Program-made: the position numbers and the translations under genes | In this document: positions 34,807 through 49,000 of the stretch, in pieces | Layout of the letters: each line of letters begins with the position of its first letter | How positions within the stretch are numbered: position 1 is the first letter of the stretch | Origin: Cyanidioschyzon merolae | Taxonomy: Eukaryota | Assembly: GCA_000091205.1 (NCBI GenBank) | Contig: AP006491.2 | Direction: 5' to 3' (one strand) | DNA: 64,000 nucleotides | The notes under the pieces: generated by a model | The model's input: only the letters and a program-made list of their open reading frames with translations | What the model was told of the DNA's origin: nothing | The model's database searches: none

Positions 34807-37800
34807 TTATGCGCTGGTGCTGGTGCTGGTAGTGTTCACGAGCTGTTGCACGGATACTGCCGTCACCGTACCGTTCGGTGGAAATACAGACCTAACCATC
34901 CCAAAGACGAATAAGACACTCATGAGGTTCTCAACAGGTTTCGTGTTGTTTGGCAGTGTCAGTAGCTGAACAGCACCGGTGGTTGTCACATTAAGCGGAA
35001 CACGTAATGCGTATGGGATCGTTCCATTCGCACTTGCCGCTTGCGTGACATTCACGTCCTGGATACCTGTGATGTTGCGCACAGCCGATACGAAGCGATC
35101 ACGGAAGAGAGCGTTTCGGGTGGCGTTTGTAAAGTCCTCCACGGAGACGCCCTCCATCTGGAAGGCCACATTGATCGCTGCTTTGCCTGCTGGTGGTGAC
35201 GGGAAAGCGGCCAGGTTCGCCGGCCCCGGAACCGGGGATGCTGCCGGCGTTGGCGATGCTTCGCAGAGCAGACCCGAAAAGCCCGGCACACAGTAGCAAA
35301 CGCCATTGATGCAGGCACCATTACCGTTACAGCAGGTTGCGGTCGTCGCGTTCTCCGCCGTTATGCCCGCCGGTCGGCACGAGCTGACGCAAAGTGTTCC
35401 ATTCAAGTCGAATAGGCGACTTGGCTGTGCCAACGAGTACAGAGGAGGAAGCTCCGATGGTCTACCCAAAAAGTCCAGGGAGGTAATGTTCTTGGTAGGC
35501 GTGACCCGAACGGTGATATTCGGGCTCGATGCTGCCCTCGCGACACTGATGTACGTCTCCGTGGAGACGCTCGTGGTCGTCTCCAGCCGAGTATACTCGC
35601 TCGCAACAACCTGTCCAAATGAACCGGACTGCACTGTGCTTTGCAGCGTCGAGTAAACGGATAAGTACTCCACCACAGACGACATGACACGTACAGAGAT
35701 GCGATTGGCGTGCCAGCGCACACCAGTCGCGGAGCTTGACGAGCTCGTGTAGGTCACGAGGCCATTGCTCTGGGCCTGAACTCCATTGCAACTAGAAGGA
35801 GCGCTGCCGCCTGTGGAAGTCGAGAGACATTCGCAGTTGGTGATCTCGACCGCAGTGGGCACCAGACCACACGAGCTTGCTAATGTGTTCTGCACGATAT
35901 ACGAAATCTGGTCACACGTCCAAACGTTGATCTGCTCGACGACCTCGACGTCAATCTGCCATTCATACCAAACAATGCAGACAGGAGGCCGTTTGACGAC
36001 CACCTCGACCCATTTCACGGGAGCCGGAGCAACCGCAGATACGTATTCAGCGGTCGAGGTTACCAGCTGCGAGTACTGAACGATATCGGTATAGAGTTCG
36101 CCACCGCCACACTTGGACTGATACAGCTGAACACGTTGCCAAAAGTAGTTATTCACGAAGTTGTCACGAATTGCATACGTGTACTGGATCGTGTACGTGG
36201 AAAACGTCTCCAAGCGGATGTGGACGACTGCATTCCAGGTATCGATTTGCTCACACGAATGGATCGTTACGATTTCGCTCGGTATGCCAATATCGTTGCA
36301 CGAGTTCAGGATCGCCACTTTGACATCATTGCAGCTCAGAACCTGCGTACCAAAGAATGCAGATCGACAGTAAAACGCTGTCTCAATGAAGACTCGCCGC
36401 GGATAGATCTGTACTGGGACATAAATGATGCTGGTGCTCTGTTCCAGGACAACGGACGTTACTTGCTCGTATTCGACGGTGCTCACGGTGAGCGACGGCG
36501 AGATTACTGTCGTCGTCTCGCTAGCGCTGACATACAAACTCTGCAGATACACGTAAGCCTGGTACATCCGTTCTTGCCAGTTTGCCGGTGCATACTCGGG
36601 AACGATCGAGCAGGCAACGTAGATAGAGCACTCTGTCTCGATAGACAAATGCAAACTGCCCTTGCGTGGCTGGCTATAAAGCAGACTTTGGCTGCCATCA
36701 TCCTGCACCATGAGCAGAGGTTGTGCGGAACGCCGACTTGTGCCGGAGCCAGAGCTCGCCAGATTCACCACAACATCTGTCTCCGTGAAAGACTCGACAT
36801 CCAAAAAGGCATAGTAGTAGACGCGCTGTGCTGTGGATATAACTTCCGAGCAACTCGCACTCACGCCGACCGCGATCCGAATGGTCGGATTGTCTGGCAA
36901 GACTATCTTGTTGGTCGGAAGCGGACTACCATTCGGGAGCGCTGTGAGGTTGGGGGTTGGTGTTGGCGGAGGTACTGGCTTTCCCGCGCCGCTCGGCAGA
37001 TTAAGTGTAGTGATACTCGTGACAGAGAGTAAGCTCGCGAGTTTCACCTGCACAGTGCTGGCCTCTGAAACTGCCACGACCACAAAGACGGTGAATTGAA
37101 TATTCACTGCGACTGTAGTCGATGTGGTAACGCGCATCTTGGTAGAATCTCGATCCCCCATGAATTCCGAGAACCATCTCAGAGGAGCCAACAGTCCCAA
37201 ACGTGAGGAACTCGTTGAGGTCGGAGCAGCAGCACAGTTGTTCGAGACGGTAACATTGGATGCCGGCACGCCGAGAGCAGATGCAACTGCAGCGGCGATC
37301 GCTGACGCTGCAGACTGACAAACCTCTGCGGAGGTGACAGAAAGGTACGTGCCCTGAGATACTGTTGTAATAGCGGGTGTCGGTGGTGGCGTCGGTGCTG
37401 ATGTCGGAGTAAAGGTTGCCGACACGCTCGGGGACGTGCTCGGTGATACCGAGGTACTCGGTGAGCTCGTTGGCAAATGCGACGCACTTGGTGAAGGGCT
37501 CGGTGATACCGATGTACTCGGTGAGCTCGTTGGCAAATGCGACGCACTTGGTGAAGGGCTCGGTGATACCGAGGTACTCGGCGAGCTCGTTGGCAAATGC
37601 GACGCACTTGGTGAAGGGCTCGGTGATACCGAGGTACTCGGCGAGCTCGTTGGCAAATGCGACGCACTTGGTGAAGGTGTCAGTGGTTCCGAACTCGGAG
37701 ACGGTGCCGCGGTAACCGGCGAGCTTATGCTTGATGATGGATGCAATGTAATGCTCGGTGATGCGTGGAACGTTGCGCTGCTTCCAGCCGAGGCTGAACG

Positions 37801-38571
37801 AGAGGGGCTCAACGTCCCAGTCAGCACAGTCGATATCGATGGCGAAGGCACTACTGAGCTAAATCCAGTGCTTGTCGATGACGGCATTGGTGTCAAGGTT
37901 TCCGCGGCACCAGAACTCGGTGAAGGGCTTCCAATGCTCGAGGGTGATACGGCGTGAGTTGGTAGTGTGCTCCCTGGAATCGTTGTTGTCGACGACGGCG
38001 TTGGCACCACAGTTGGTGTCCCCGCAGACGCAGAGGCATGTGTCGATGTCGGTGTCAGCAATGATGTAGGTGTAGGTGAAGGCGTTGGAGTCGGCGTCGG
38101 CGTCGGTGTCGGTGTCGGTGTCAGCAACGGCGTAAGTGTAGGTGTAGGTGTAGGTGTAGGTGTAGGTGTAGGCGTTGGAGTCGGCGTCGGCGTCGGTGTC
38201 GGTGTCGGTGTCAGCAACGGCGTCGGTGTCGGTGTCGGTGTCAGCAACGGCGTCGGCGTCGGTGTCGGTGTCAGCAATGATGTAGGTGTAGGTGTAGGTG
38301 AAGGCGTTGGAGTCGGCGTCGGCGTCGGCGTCGGTGTCAGCAACGGCGTAGGTGTAGGTGTAGGTGTAGGTGAAGGCGTTGGAGTCGGCGTCGGCGTCGG
38401 TGTCGGTGTCGGTGTCAGCAACGGCGTCGGCGTCGGTGTCGGTGTCAGCAATGATGTAGGTGTAGGTGTAGGTGAAGGCGTTGGAGTCGGCGTCGGCGTC
38501 GGCGTCGGCGTCGGTGTCGGTGTCAGCAACGGCGTAGGTGTAGGTGTAGGTGTAGGTGAAGGCGTTGGAGT

Positions 38572-38608
<37 letters not shown>

Positions 38609-38856
38609 ACTGACACCGAGGGTAACGGTCTCACAACGTCCGGAACTTGGGGAAACTCCGTCTCCCCCTCAGCCTGGTGTGGCTCTGCGAGCACCAACAA
38701 TGACCCCCGCTCAGCTCTCCCTGTGTGCTTACCCCATAACTTCCAGTTGAGCGGTAAGCTGCCACCTAGCAAAAGGAGAATAAAAAACGTGAACAAAAAG
38801 TGACGGAGCGCAGCTTTTTGAAAAGCCGCCATCTCCGTTTTGCTATTAGTCTGCAA
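34807..38856 (-). CDS. Giant secreted mucin-like glycoprotein A: signal peptide, P/T/S-rich tandem repeats, ~900-aa Cys-containing conserved domain, one tenascin-type EGF-like module
   Basis: N-terminus [24 protein letters not shown] (signal), then PTPTPT.. and 20-aa [20 protein letters not shown] repeats. The central domain is paralogous to that of the 46017..50837 protein (e.g. [14 protein letters not shown].., [51 protein letters not shown]). The EGF-like module is [44 protein letters not shown]. No TM segment before the stop. Confidence 0.8.
37421..37690. repeat. 60-bp coding minisatellite (~4.3 units) inside mucin A, encoding 20-aa [20 protein letters not shown] repeats
   Basis: cggtgatacc gaggtactcg gtgagctcgt tggcaaatgc gacgcacttg gtgaagggct repeated at 37441, 37501, 37561 and 37621 with 1-2 substitutions. 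Confidence 0.9.
38040..38625. repeat. Hexamer-based (GGTGTC/GGCGTC/GGTGTA)n array with higher-order periodicity, encoding (PT)n / TPTP tracts of mucin A
   Basis: Seen directly: long runs of ggtgtcggtgtcggcgtc.. interrupted regularly by gtcagcaacggc / gtcagcaatgat. Confidence 0.85.
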
Positions 38857-40216
38857 TGCAATTGAAACTCAACGATATGAAATTCTACTTTTCCCAACGT
38901 CTTACAGCAGCAAACGCGTTGAAAGGGTTCCGGGTCAGCGGGACACGAGCACCACGGGTGTTCATGCAGACACGTGGAGCAGCCAAATCTGGATCGACGG
39001 GACACGTGTCCTGATCCGATCACGTATCGAGCGCCAGACACTGCGCCGCCCGCCAAACAACTGCGGTTTGCATTTCGTCGCTCGATACGCGACCTCGCCT
39101 GCAGAGGGTGTACGCGGAGCCTGGACCCGGTGTCCTCGGGGGCTGGTCATGTCTGTCTCTGACAATCTGGGGAGGACACAGAATTGCATACGTTATGTAT
39201 GGATTGAATAGGTGGATGGAAAAGTGCAGCTTACTTGGATAAAGAAGACTAGGAGAGGTTCGCGAAGCAACTTACCGGATAAACGATCACGTGAGTCTCA
39301 CATAGGAGAAGCATACATCAATACCTGTCAAAAGTCAGTTGCGTTGCATGGTCCAACGAAAAGCGTGTTTCACCTAGCGCCGTGTAAGTTCCTGGGAATT
39401 TAGAAGGAAAAATTATGATGGACCCAGAGATTCGGATGGTTGCGCTGCACGCGGCGCGCGCGGCTGATGTGTCTGCGTTGCAGCGAATGATCGGCGAGCG
39501 CTTCAGGGACACCTGATTTCTGCAGCCACGCAGCGGCCGAGGCGAGGACGAAAACAACAACGAATGACGATATTCTAAAGTGGAGTCACATCCCGGTGTA
39601 GTCGAAGCTGTCTCGAATATCTCGATTCAGGACATCTACCAGGCATCCATCGGCGCGGACAAGCAGATGCAGCGTTGTAGGGCAGCTACCTGTCATATCC
39701 TGTGCACGACCCCGCTGCCATCTGGTGACAACACGGAACCACTTGGCCGGGAGCTGAACATGAACTCTAGAATGATGGCTGTTCCCCAACGCCCATGGAT
39801 GCGTGCGCAGCATAGAACCACAGCGATGTTCAATTCGAGTGTTCAGGTCCTCTTGACCTGGAGAAAGAACGCTCCGTAAACAGGCATCTAAAGCTCCAAA
39901 GGACCCTTGAGCGCCACTTAAAGAACGCATGGGCTCTCGATTGGCGGTTTTCATCCCGACACATTGCTTGGACATGGAGGATTCGTTCTTCTTCCCGCTT
40001 TTGCACCAGTGCAACGCATGCGATGTCTGGCGATCACGAGCGCCTCCGCCGTATTGACGATCACGAAAATCACGATGAGCCACCGCCAAAGGAAGCTGCT
40101 TGCTTCCATATTCGCTGGAAAGCAAAATACTCCACCTGGAAGAACCGGACGATTCTGATTTCCTGAAAGATCGGTACCTCTGCGGAAGCATCTCAAGGTA
40201 ATCATAGACGCGGGTT

Positions 40217-40918
40217 TTATAGATCCACGTAACTATCGACCGGTTCGGCATTTCCACCACCGCAATCCCCACATTTTTTGACAAGACCAAAGCAGGCCCT
40301 CCCGCACATGCAGGTGCCTCGGAGTACAAGTAAAAATATGATCAAAATGAGAAGCAGAACCGCACCCACAGGAGCTACAATAAAGATGATTATCGAATCT
40401 CCCTGCGAGCCGGAGTTGGACGTACTTGGCACCTGCGGAGTCGGCGACACCGTGATCGACGCTAGAGCGAATGAAGTCATATGCAGGTTCGACACCGCTC
40501 TTGTGACCTGCGCCGACGCCGTCGCCGCATAGGACGCGGGAAAAGGCACCAGCGTTGGCAATTGCTCCGCTGTCGGTAGGGGTGAGGTTTCTGCGGGTGT
40601 TGGCGACGGCAACGACCGCGATGGCGAAGACTCCGCCGATGGCGACGGCGATGGCGATGGTTCCGTGTGCGCAAAGCGTCCGACCCCTGGGTACCTCTCT
40701 ATCAAAATCCCACCGTTTTCAGCGGGAACAGCGCGGAATGATGCGCGCGGTTCGAGACCTCTCATGAAAACCGCGACTTGCTCCGCGTTGTGAGACACGG
40801 CTGAAATCGACACTGGGACTGTCGGCTTCGTTGTTGTGGATAACAGTGACCTGCGACGCTGGTGCCTCGCAACGAGCCGCCGCGGCTGCCAAGCACTTTT
40901 CCGAAAGTGAGCACACAT
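40217..40918 (-). CDS. Possible small single-pass membrane protein with S/P-rich ectodomain and Cys-rich cytoplasmic tail
   Basis: 233-aa ORF: [29 protein letters not shown].., TM IIIFIVAPVGAVLLLILIIFLLVL, then RGTCMCGRACFGLVKKCGDCGGG. No clear signal peptide at the ORF start. No homology. Confidence 0.3.
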   Translation of the reverse strand: MCAHFRKSAWQPRRLVARHQRRRSLLSTTTKPTVPVSISAVSHNAEQVAVFMRGLEPRASFRAVPAENGGILIERYPGVGRFAHTEPSPSPSPSAESSPSRSLPSPTPAETSPLPTAEQLPTLVPFPASYAATASAQVTRAVSNLHMTSFALASITVSPTPQVPSTSNSGSQGDSIIIFIVAPVGAVLLLILIIFLLVLRGTCMCGRACFGLVKKCGDCGGGNAEPVDSYVDL

Positions 40919-42099
40919 ATCGTTTCAATATACGCAAGACCAAGACTTTTTCTCGTTCTAAAGGCGGTACTAGCCCAAAAAAGCTAAGGAAACACGATCC
41001 AAAAGAAGCGCTTCGCACAGCGCTATCCGGTGTGCAGCGAAGAAGATACAGCGCCCGCAGCGTGGTGTTGTGATCTTCGACGCAATGCACGTGCTCGTGA
41101 CATACAATTCAACGGGAGCTGACGCGCTGCGGCCCCAACGGAGCTGCCGCATCATCACGTCGCTGTGCGGTGCAATGTGACACCCTGTAACGCGGTGTGC
41201 AGGATTTCGACGCCCCCGCACAGCACCGTTGGCACGAACGCTACCGAGCGACGCTTCGTCGATTGCATCGACTTTCCATGGCACGTCGAAGCGCAGCTTT
41301 TAAATTGAGTCATTTAGGGATGATACGGATACGGACATTTCGATCTCGCATCGCCGTCGCGTGTCGATCCTGTATCTTGCATTCGACGCTGGCGCGATTG
41401 CTGACGGGAAGCCCGTTTGCCGTCAGTCGCGTGCTAGAAACGGCATTCTGCAGGCTTGATTGCCACATACCAGCGTGCACAGGTGATCAGCGCCTTTTCT
41501 GATGAAAACGTAAAGTTCGAGTACCTTGTCCAATGGTATCTTCTGTCTGGAGACGCCTGCGCTGAACCGCGTTGTGCCGAAGCGGTGCCCCGATATGCAG
41601 GCACACGCGACACGGCGGATACGTATTCGGGCCGGGCGAGGTCATCTCTTCCGTGATCTGGCGTCCGATGGACGAAAGTCCGCTTATCGCCGCCACGAGC
41701 GCTCGGAATCAACGGAGCGGAAGCAGCAGTTTGCGGAGACCGGCCAGCGGGCAACCCTAGTCCAATCTGCGTCTGTGATACGGCATGGTCGGTGTATCCG
41801 ATCAGCGCTTTGGGCTATGCATTTGCGGGATAGTCTTCAAAGCGCCGCTGTTGATGCCACAGCCCGAGTGTCCCCACTGAAGCGATTCGAAGGGAGGATT
41901 CTTCCGCTCTGGACAAGTTCAGTGCTCGCTGGGACGCTGTACAGATTATCTCCTCGGGTTTTATGAAAAAGAAGCACCAGCGTTCAAGTCTTTTAAAGAG
42001 TGCACCGCTCATGTGGACGATGTCCAGATTCTTGGTTGCAATTGCAACGGTACTGAAGACCAGCGGCTGTTGCACGCGAGCACGCACCTCTAGAGCAAA

Positions 42100-43480
42100 C
42101 AACGAATGAGGCGGTATGGACCGGCTCGACTGGAGAAAACTTTCCATCCTCCGTAACGCTGTCAGATTAAAATGATATACAGAACAAGTTGCTCTGTTCC
42201 TGCCATGACAATCTTTTCCGAGCTTTTTCCCAGATGTACCGCCTCCACATTCGAAGTGCAGCAATAGGGCTAGGGGATGCATACGTGGTATTTGGATTCT
42301 CGGTTGTCTTTTTTTCCGACTAGTTCCGTAGGTTCTTTCGTGCTGGAATTCGTTATGTCATCGGAATCGAGATGACTCGAGACGTCCTCGAACTAGCTTT
42401 CGTACCATGACGGACATCATTATCCTACGCATATGTAGACGTCTACACGCTTCTCCATTGCTCACCTGGAACATACGGAATTCACGTTTTCTTCGAGTCT
42501 TCGATCTTTCTGGACCAAGGCGAATTGTGGGCGCAGCGATTCTCGCTACCGGATTGACGAAGAAAAACACTTCACAACGTTTGTGGACGACTTGTTCACA
42601 TGCTCATGCCGAGTATTCGCTCAGCTTGACGCGTTACATAATCGATGAAGATCCAAAGAAAAATCCCCCCTCTTTGTATCCATCGACGAATCCACATTCA
42701 ACGACAGCATGAACCCTCACAGATGGTCTGCTTTCAGAGACGTCCATCTCTTCCGTTTCCACGGAAAAAGGGTCTCGGACTCGGACTTGAGCCATCATAG
42801 CGATCGCTTCCTGTGGATGGTGCGTCACCGCTGTACACGAAGGACCCGCGATCCAATCGAGATTTCTCAACGCGATCTCTAGCCTGGATGCTTCTTCGTT
42901 AATTGTTTCATCATAGACAAAATCGCGTTGCACATACTCCCTATCGAACGGAAGAGTGTACGCGAGCGTCTGCAGCGGACAGAGTACTCGTTGTGAGGAT
43001 TGCCCAGAAGACGCCGGTGATCTTTGCGTATGGCACAGGTCGTGTCAACGGAGGCGGGTATCGAGACGCGTCTCGCATATCCGTCAAGGGCATGTACCCA
43101 GCGATGAAGCACACCTGAACGCACCACTCGTCGACCCTCGGAGCAGGAAACGAAGTGGTGAACATACGGAAACACATGACCGCAGCCAGGTATCGCTGCT
43201 GCAAAAGGCCGCACCGAGGTCGTACACAAAACGGATGAAAATGACAAGCGAAGCGTCAATCGCAACTACCGTGTCTGCCTGAAAAGCGTCGACAACAGCC
43301 AGACGCAACGAAACCGGGACTCGAACGCTACCACCAACATCCGTCGACTGTAGATGCTGGAACCGAAGAGTGAGGAGACACCGACGCATGTAAAACCGGA
43401 TACAAGGAACATCAAAAGAAAGCAGTCGAAAAAAGCACCCAAATGCCAGTCTGGACGACAACGCGAATACACAGCAACAA
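42100..43480 (-). repeat. Copy 2 of the dispersed AT-rich repeat family (reverse orientation), with a tRNA/B-box-like segment near 42740-42810
   Basis: The reverse complement of 42747-42790 matches 2786-2830. 42195-42330 matches 62440-62530 and 3290-3400. 43250-43460 matches 2150-2400 at DNA level, with the same matches appearing in two different frames, so this is not coding conservation. Confidence 0.6.
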
Positions 43481-43829
43481 GAGCGTGTGTGCGCGAGTTG
43501 GACGACCTGCTCTTCTCTATTCTGGCATTGGTGTCATTTACGAATACCCGTCGCTTTTGTACATGAAAAACGGATGATTCGTGTACTTATGACTTCAATT
43601 CCCTAGTTGCCACCAGAGCAACGTCCATCAATGAACCCAGCGGGGAACGTCAACTTCCGAGCGCTTGTACCGCAACCTCCACGGTCGGCAGCACGATGTG
43701 CACGCGAGTCGATACGCGCTCCCAGTGCATACATTCAAGGACTCCATTGCATCAATGAACTACCGTACACGATCCGTACGCTTCGTGTGAACAAACCAGA
43801 CGCGTAATGAGTCCGGGCCTGTGTCAGCG

Positions 43830-46016
43830 TCAGCGCGTCACCGAGGTGCTGCGCGATCGCGAGCGCTTTCGCTGAGACAATACACTCAGTGCAGCAGCGG
43901 AACTCGAACGCACCAGCTTTGTACTCGAGGGCGGCAAGGCCCCTGGCATGCTTCCCTCGAGAGCGCCCTTGCCCGCGAGCATGTCCGACGCTGTAGGCAC
44001 GAGAGCTTCAATGAATGCACGAGCGTCGAGCATACAACTTCCACCAAAGAACACCTGCGTGCCGCTCGACTCCGAAAGATCATAGGCGTACCGCGTCTCA
44101 TTCCACGAGAGGCCGCCAATGACAAAGATAATGATGCGACGCGTCGCAGACTCGTCTACGCTGCCAACCGATGACGAAGAGGAACGTCGACGATTGCGAC
44201 GACCGAGAGACGACTCACGGATTGCCGACGACGAACGACGCCTGCGAAGACTTCGACTCGTGCGGCGAATACCGCTCTCCTCGTCATCGGTAGAGAAATC
44301 GGAGAGCTCACCGGCTGACGAGTCGTCGGACATGTACGCGCGATCGAAGTGGCGGCTCTCGCCGGCATACGGGAACGCGGACTCACCGAGGCGACGCTCG
44401 ATAAGCAATGTCGCAAGTTTCGCGAGCCGTCCATGGGTCTGTTGCATGGCTTGCATCTCCGATGGCGTCTTCCGCAACGGCACTCCGTAGGCGATGCACA
44501 AACGCTCAATGACAGCGGTCAGCTGCGGTGCAGTCCGGATATCCGATGCTGTGGTAGAGGTTCCAGTCGATGCACTCGACCCTGCCGAAGTACTCGAAAG
44601 CGCCGCCGATCCCTGTGACGATCCCCATGACTGGTGCTCCCCGAATGAAGAGCGAGCAAATGCCATCGAGACCAGCTCCTGAATCTCAGCTGTGCTCGTA
44701 TTCTGCGTGAGCGCAAACAATACAATCAGACGAGCTTTGTCCACCAGGCGAATATTGTCCTCGTCGAGCAATTGTCGCAGCTGTCCTCGGACACGCGTTT
44801 CAGCATCGGTACCGACGACACGCTGCGCATTGAGCATGTCTCGTTCGAGAGCAGCAATCCTGGCGATTTGCGCATTCTCCCAGAGATCCTGCGCGCGACG
44901 AGCCAGGCGCTGGTGACGCTCCAGTGACGCAGCGTCGGCATCGCTAGGCAGCAAAACGTTCGAGTCGGAGGTGCTCGTGGCGAGCGCGCCTCGTTTCGCG
45001 GTCCGGAGGCGCCCGACCTGCTCCACTGGGCGATAGCGCACGAGGCTCCAGACATCGTCAGCGTACTCATCGAGCACCAGCTGGGATCCAGCACCGCTAT
45101 CAGCCTCCAGCAACGAAGGGAATTCCTGCTTCAGCACCGTCTGATACGTATCATCGTGCAACAGGGGCGTCAACAGATCGCAGTCTCTGTCAACAATGAG
45201 GAGCACCGTCCGAGAAGCTCCAGCTCGAGGAGCGGATCCCGCTCTTGTCGGCAGAATGAGAGGACCGTACTCGTCGAGTATCCTGACGAGCTCCTCTGCG
45301 ACGGCTGCGGGTGCGCCCGTGAACGAGTCTCGCGCGAAACGGATACGCGGTCGCTCCTGCAGTACGGAGCACAGCGTCAACAAGGACTCGGCAATGGTTT
45401 GCGGCCGCACCGGCTGCAGATCCGCAGGATAACGGCCGAGATGAAACAGGCGCTGCTCGAATGCACAGAAATCGATGTTGAGTTCCGTGAACTGCGCAAG
45501 CCGTTCGACGAGCTGCGATGCCGCCCGAACTCGATCAAGATACGTTTCGTCGACGCGAGATGTCGCGAAAACTTCAATGATGGTCTTGCTGGAGACCTTG
45601 GGCGTCTCCGAGTCATCGTGTTCTCCGCTTCCTCTGTCAGACGCTTTGGTCACATGTTCAAGCGACGCAATCAGCGTATTCACCGCGTTCGACGTCGGCT
45701 TGAAGAGGTACACGAGACGCCGACCTTGGTCGCTTGGCGGCAACGCGTTGAGCGTTGGCGGCTGCTGACCAAGTTCCTCAACAAGGAACACACCATTGCC
45801 CACGAGGTCACTCATGCGGCACGCTGCAGACAATACCTGGATGCCGCGATCGTCTGCTACTAGCATTCCGGGAGCGCGACGCTGATCAGCGGAGCTGCCG
45901 CGGGAGTCTTCCGCACCGGCAAGCGACGACCTTGCTGTGCCCGCCAGCATGCCGTACAGCAGGCGCTCTCGCGCGAGTTCGCGCAGTGTGGCGTTCGGGC
46001 CCACAACCAGAGGCAT
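43830..46016 (-). CDS. Sec1/Munc18 (SM) family vesicle-fusion regulator, complete
   Basis: [24 protein letters not shown].. aligns to the Munc18 N-terminus (MAPIGLKAVVGEKIM). Conserved blocks: [14 protein letters not shown], the SM signature [23 protein letters not shown], and the C-terminal [22 protein letters not shown]...[18 protein letters not shown]. The ATG at 46016 was verified on the sequence. It is in frame with, and not separated by a stop from, the upstream mucin-like ORF. Confidence 0.88.
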   Translation of the reverse strand: MPLVVGPNATLRELARERLLYGMLAGTARSSLAGAEDSRGSSADQRRAPGMLVADDRGIQVLSAACRMSDLVGNGVFLVEELGQQPPTLNALPPSDQGRRLVYLFKPTSNAVNTLIASLEHVTKASDRGSGEHDDSETPKVSSKTIIEVFATSRVDETYLDRVRAASQLVERLAQFTELNIDFCAFEQRLFHLGRYPADLQPVRPQTIAESLLTLCSVLQERPRIRFARDSFTGAPAAVAEELVRILDEYGPLILPTRAGSAPRAGASRTVLLIVDRDCDLLTPLLHDDTYQTVLKQEFPSLLEADSGAGSQLVLDEYADDVWSLVRYRPVEQVGRLRTAKRGALATSTSDSNVLLPSDADAASLERHQRLARRAQDLWENAQIARIAALERDMLNAQRVVGTDAETRVRGQLRQLLDEDNIRLVDKARLIVLFALTQNTSTAEIQELVSMAFARSSFGEHQSWGSSQGSAALSSTSAGSSASTGTSTTASDIRTAPQLTAVIERLCIAYGVPLRKTPSEMQAMQQTHGRLAKLATLLIERRLGESAFPYAGESRHFDRAYMSDDSSAGELSDFSTDDEESGIRRTSRSLRRRRSSSAIRESSLGRRNRRRSSSSSVGSVDESATRRIIIFVIGGLSWNETRYAYDLSESSGTQVFFGGSCMLDARAFIEALVPTASDMLAGKGALEGSMPGALPPSSTKLVRSSSAAALSVLSQRKRSRSRSTSVTR

Positions 46017-49000
46017 GGTAACCACATTGGCGCTGTCGACTGTGCCCAGTGCGGCAGCTGTGCTGCCAGTTGGTCTCAACGCTGCCACATCAACGGTATC
46101 GTTCTGGGAGACTCGGGATCCGGGAGCTATTCCCGCGAGTGCCGCTGACGACGGCACTGTGCCTGTTCGGTTGCGCTGGCGTTGCTGTCGACGTCGCCTT
46201 CGCCGCAAGAAAAGCCATACAGCCAACACGGCGAGAATCAGGGCAGCAGCACCGGCCACAGCGCCTCCAATGATTGCCCCCAGAGGTGCACCCGAGCCAG
46301 ATCCGCTGCCGGAAATCTGAGAGGGGTCACCTGTGGCGACACGTCGCACCTCCACTGATACCACGGATCCATTTGGAGGGAACGCCTGTCGAACTTGCTC
46401 ATAGAGGAACACAGTGCTTAGCAGACGGGTGACCACATTCACATCGCTCGGTTTCAGGATCAACTGTACGGCGCCGGTAGTGGTGACACTCGTCGGTGCC
46501 CGCATCAACATGTAATGCAGGGAATTATAGGACTCGCTGCCGCCGACCACGTGAATGCGTACCAACGAGATCTGCGCAATGGACTGGATGCTTTGCATCA
46601 GCAAATCGCGGAAGCGGGCGTTGTTGGTGCTGTTGTAGAACTGACTATACGACACGCCACGCAATTCCATCAAGAGATCCACGGCATCGTAGCCCGAAGG
46701 AGGCGGCGGAAAGCTCGGTAACGCCAAACTGGATGGCGAAGGCGACGCAGACGCTGTCGACGACGACGACGACGATGATGATGAAGGCGCATTCTGGCAC
46801 AGCAAACCTCGATAGCCACCAACGCAGTAGCAGACGCCACTGACGCATACCCCGTTTCCACTGCAGCAGTTTGCCGGCGAGACGTCCGAATCGTTGATGC
46901 CAGGCGGCCGGCACGAAGCGGTGCATATCCTTCCACTGAGATCATACAATCGCCCGGGCTGGACGACGGAATAGAGCGGCTCCAATGTCGACGGTTTGCC
47001 CAAAAAGTCCAACGAGACTAGACTCCGGTTCTGGGAAATCTGAATGCTCACATTTCCATTCGTACTGGAATTGTGATGGCTACGCTGATGACGAAGCTCA
47101 CGAAGCTTCCTCGCAAAGGTGTTCTTGATGTGTGCCGAGTGGTACGCAGTGGTCATATTTTGGCTCACATTCTGTGCCTGGAAAGCATTCGTCAGCACTC
47201 GACCGGAAACACGATTGTAGTGCCATTGCACTGCGCCAGCTGACGTGTTCGTACCGGCAGGTGTTGGGCTCGCGGTTGGCATCGGCGTCTCTGTACCTGA
47301 CCGCACAGGTGCTGATGTTACCGTCTCTGGAGGCGACGCGGTTGCACTCGCAACAATGGCGTTCGCTGTCGGGGTGACAAGCACCGCAGATGGCGTCGGC
47401 GCAACGCTTGAACTGAGCGGCAAGACTGTGCTCGTGGGAGTTGTCGTCGACATTGGTGCCGACTCGAAAATGACCTCTCCGCTGCTGGTCGTGGTGAAAC
47501 CGCTGCAGCTCGCCGGAACGCTACCCTGTCCATTGACCGCGATACACTCACAATTCTCGATGACAATTTCGGAGACGAAGACGCCGCAAACCTCGGCGAG
47601 CGTCTGCTGCATCACATACGCAACCTCAGAACACGTCCAGTACTCGACGACGTCCAGTGCCTGACAGTAGTATTCCCATTCGATCCAGACGCCGCCAACT
47701 GCAGGCCGCTCGGTCACGACTTCAACCCATTTCACTGGCGTTGGCGTTGGCGTTGGCGTTGGCGTTGCGGATGGAGCGGCGTAGCTGCTGGTACCGATCA
47801 CGTCGATGTACGAGTATTGCACGATATCGGTGTAAAACTCGACGCTGCCACAACTGGTTTCGTAGGTATTCACCTGCTCAAAGTAGTAGCCATTCTGGAT
47901 ATTGTCTCGCAAGGCGGCAGTGAACCCGGAAGCATACGTCGAGTACGTATCGATTTGGAGGTGCACCACCACGTCCCATTCGTTGACCTGCTCGCAGGAG
48001 CGAATCGTCACCACCTCGGACGGGATTCCGATATTGTCGCAACTGTTCAATATCGCTGTCTGCATCGAGTTACAGCTTAGTCGAACGGAGCCGGGCGACG
48101 CCGAGCCGCAGTACAAGGAGGTCCGAAGGTAGACACGACGAGGATAGACGGGCACCGGCTCGTAGACAAGATTGTCGCTGTTTCCAAGCAACGCCTCCAC
48201 GACACTCTCCTGCTGGGTGTACGTCAGCGAAGTGACGCTTTCAGAGTTCAGCGTCGTCAACGTCACTGTTGTTGATGTTTCGGCTTGCATAATGATCTCG
48301 CTCTGTAGCGTGTATGCTGCTTGATAGTTGCGCTGTTGCCAGTTTGCCGGGGCGTACCTGGGGTAGACTGCGCACGCTACGCTGAATGTATAGGTCGTAG
48401 AATAGCTGAGACGAAGAGCACCCTTACGTGAGCGCCGCCAACTTGTCAAACCGCGTAACCCGTTTTGAACGAGATCGGACGGCGGTGCACCCGCTCGCAT
48501 CACTTGAGACGAAGAGCACGGGCTCAGAGAAACATCCTCCAACGTGAAATCGGGAATGTCCGCGAATGCGTTGTAGTATGCCGTTTTCGCCGCGGCTTGA
48601 ATCGCCTCGCAGGAAATGTTTGCGTTTCCGGGAATCTGTATCGTGGGCTGGTCAGCAAATACAAGTTTTTGCTGAGGGATCGGGCTACCATTCGGAAGCG
48701 TGTTCAGTAGCGGGGTCGGTGTGGGAGGTGGCGACGGAGGTCCGACTCCTTGTGCGAGGCGCTGATGACGCAACGAGGTCGAGCTCAGCAGCTTGTTGAG
48801 TTCTTGCTGAGCTTGACTCGCATTAGATACGGGTACTGTTGCGAAAACAGTAAATTGCACAAGGCCACCGGCCCCAGAGCTCGTCTGACGGAACAGCGTC
48901 GTAAGGAATGGTAAATCGAACGACGCACCCGCTGGGAGAAAGCGCTGGATGCGTTCCTGTAGCAGTACTTCTCGATTCAGCGGCAAGCCTGAAGAGAAGC

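Noticed and set aside
39414-39515. Short ORF MMDPEIRMVALHAARAADVSALQRMIGERFRDT in an intergenic region
   Set aside because: 33 codons with no homology or context. Too short to call.
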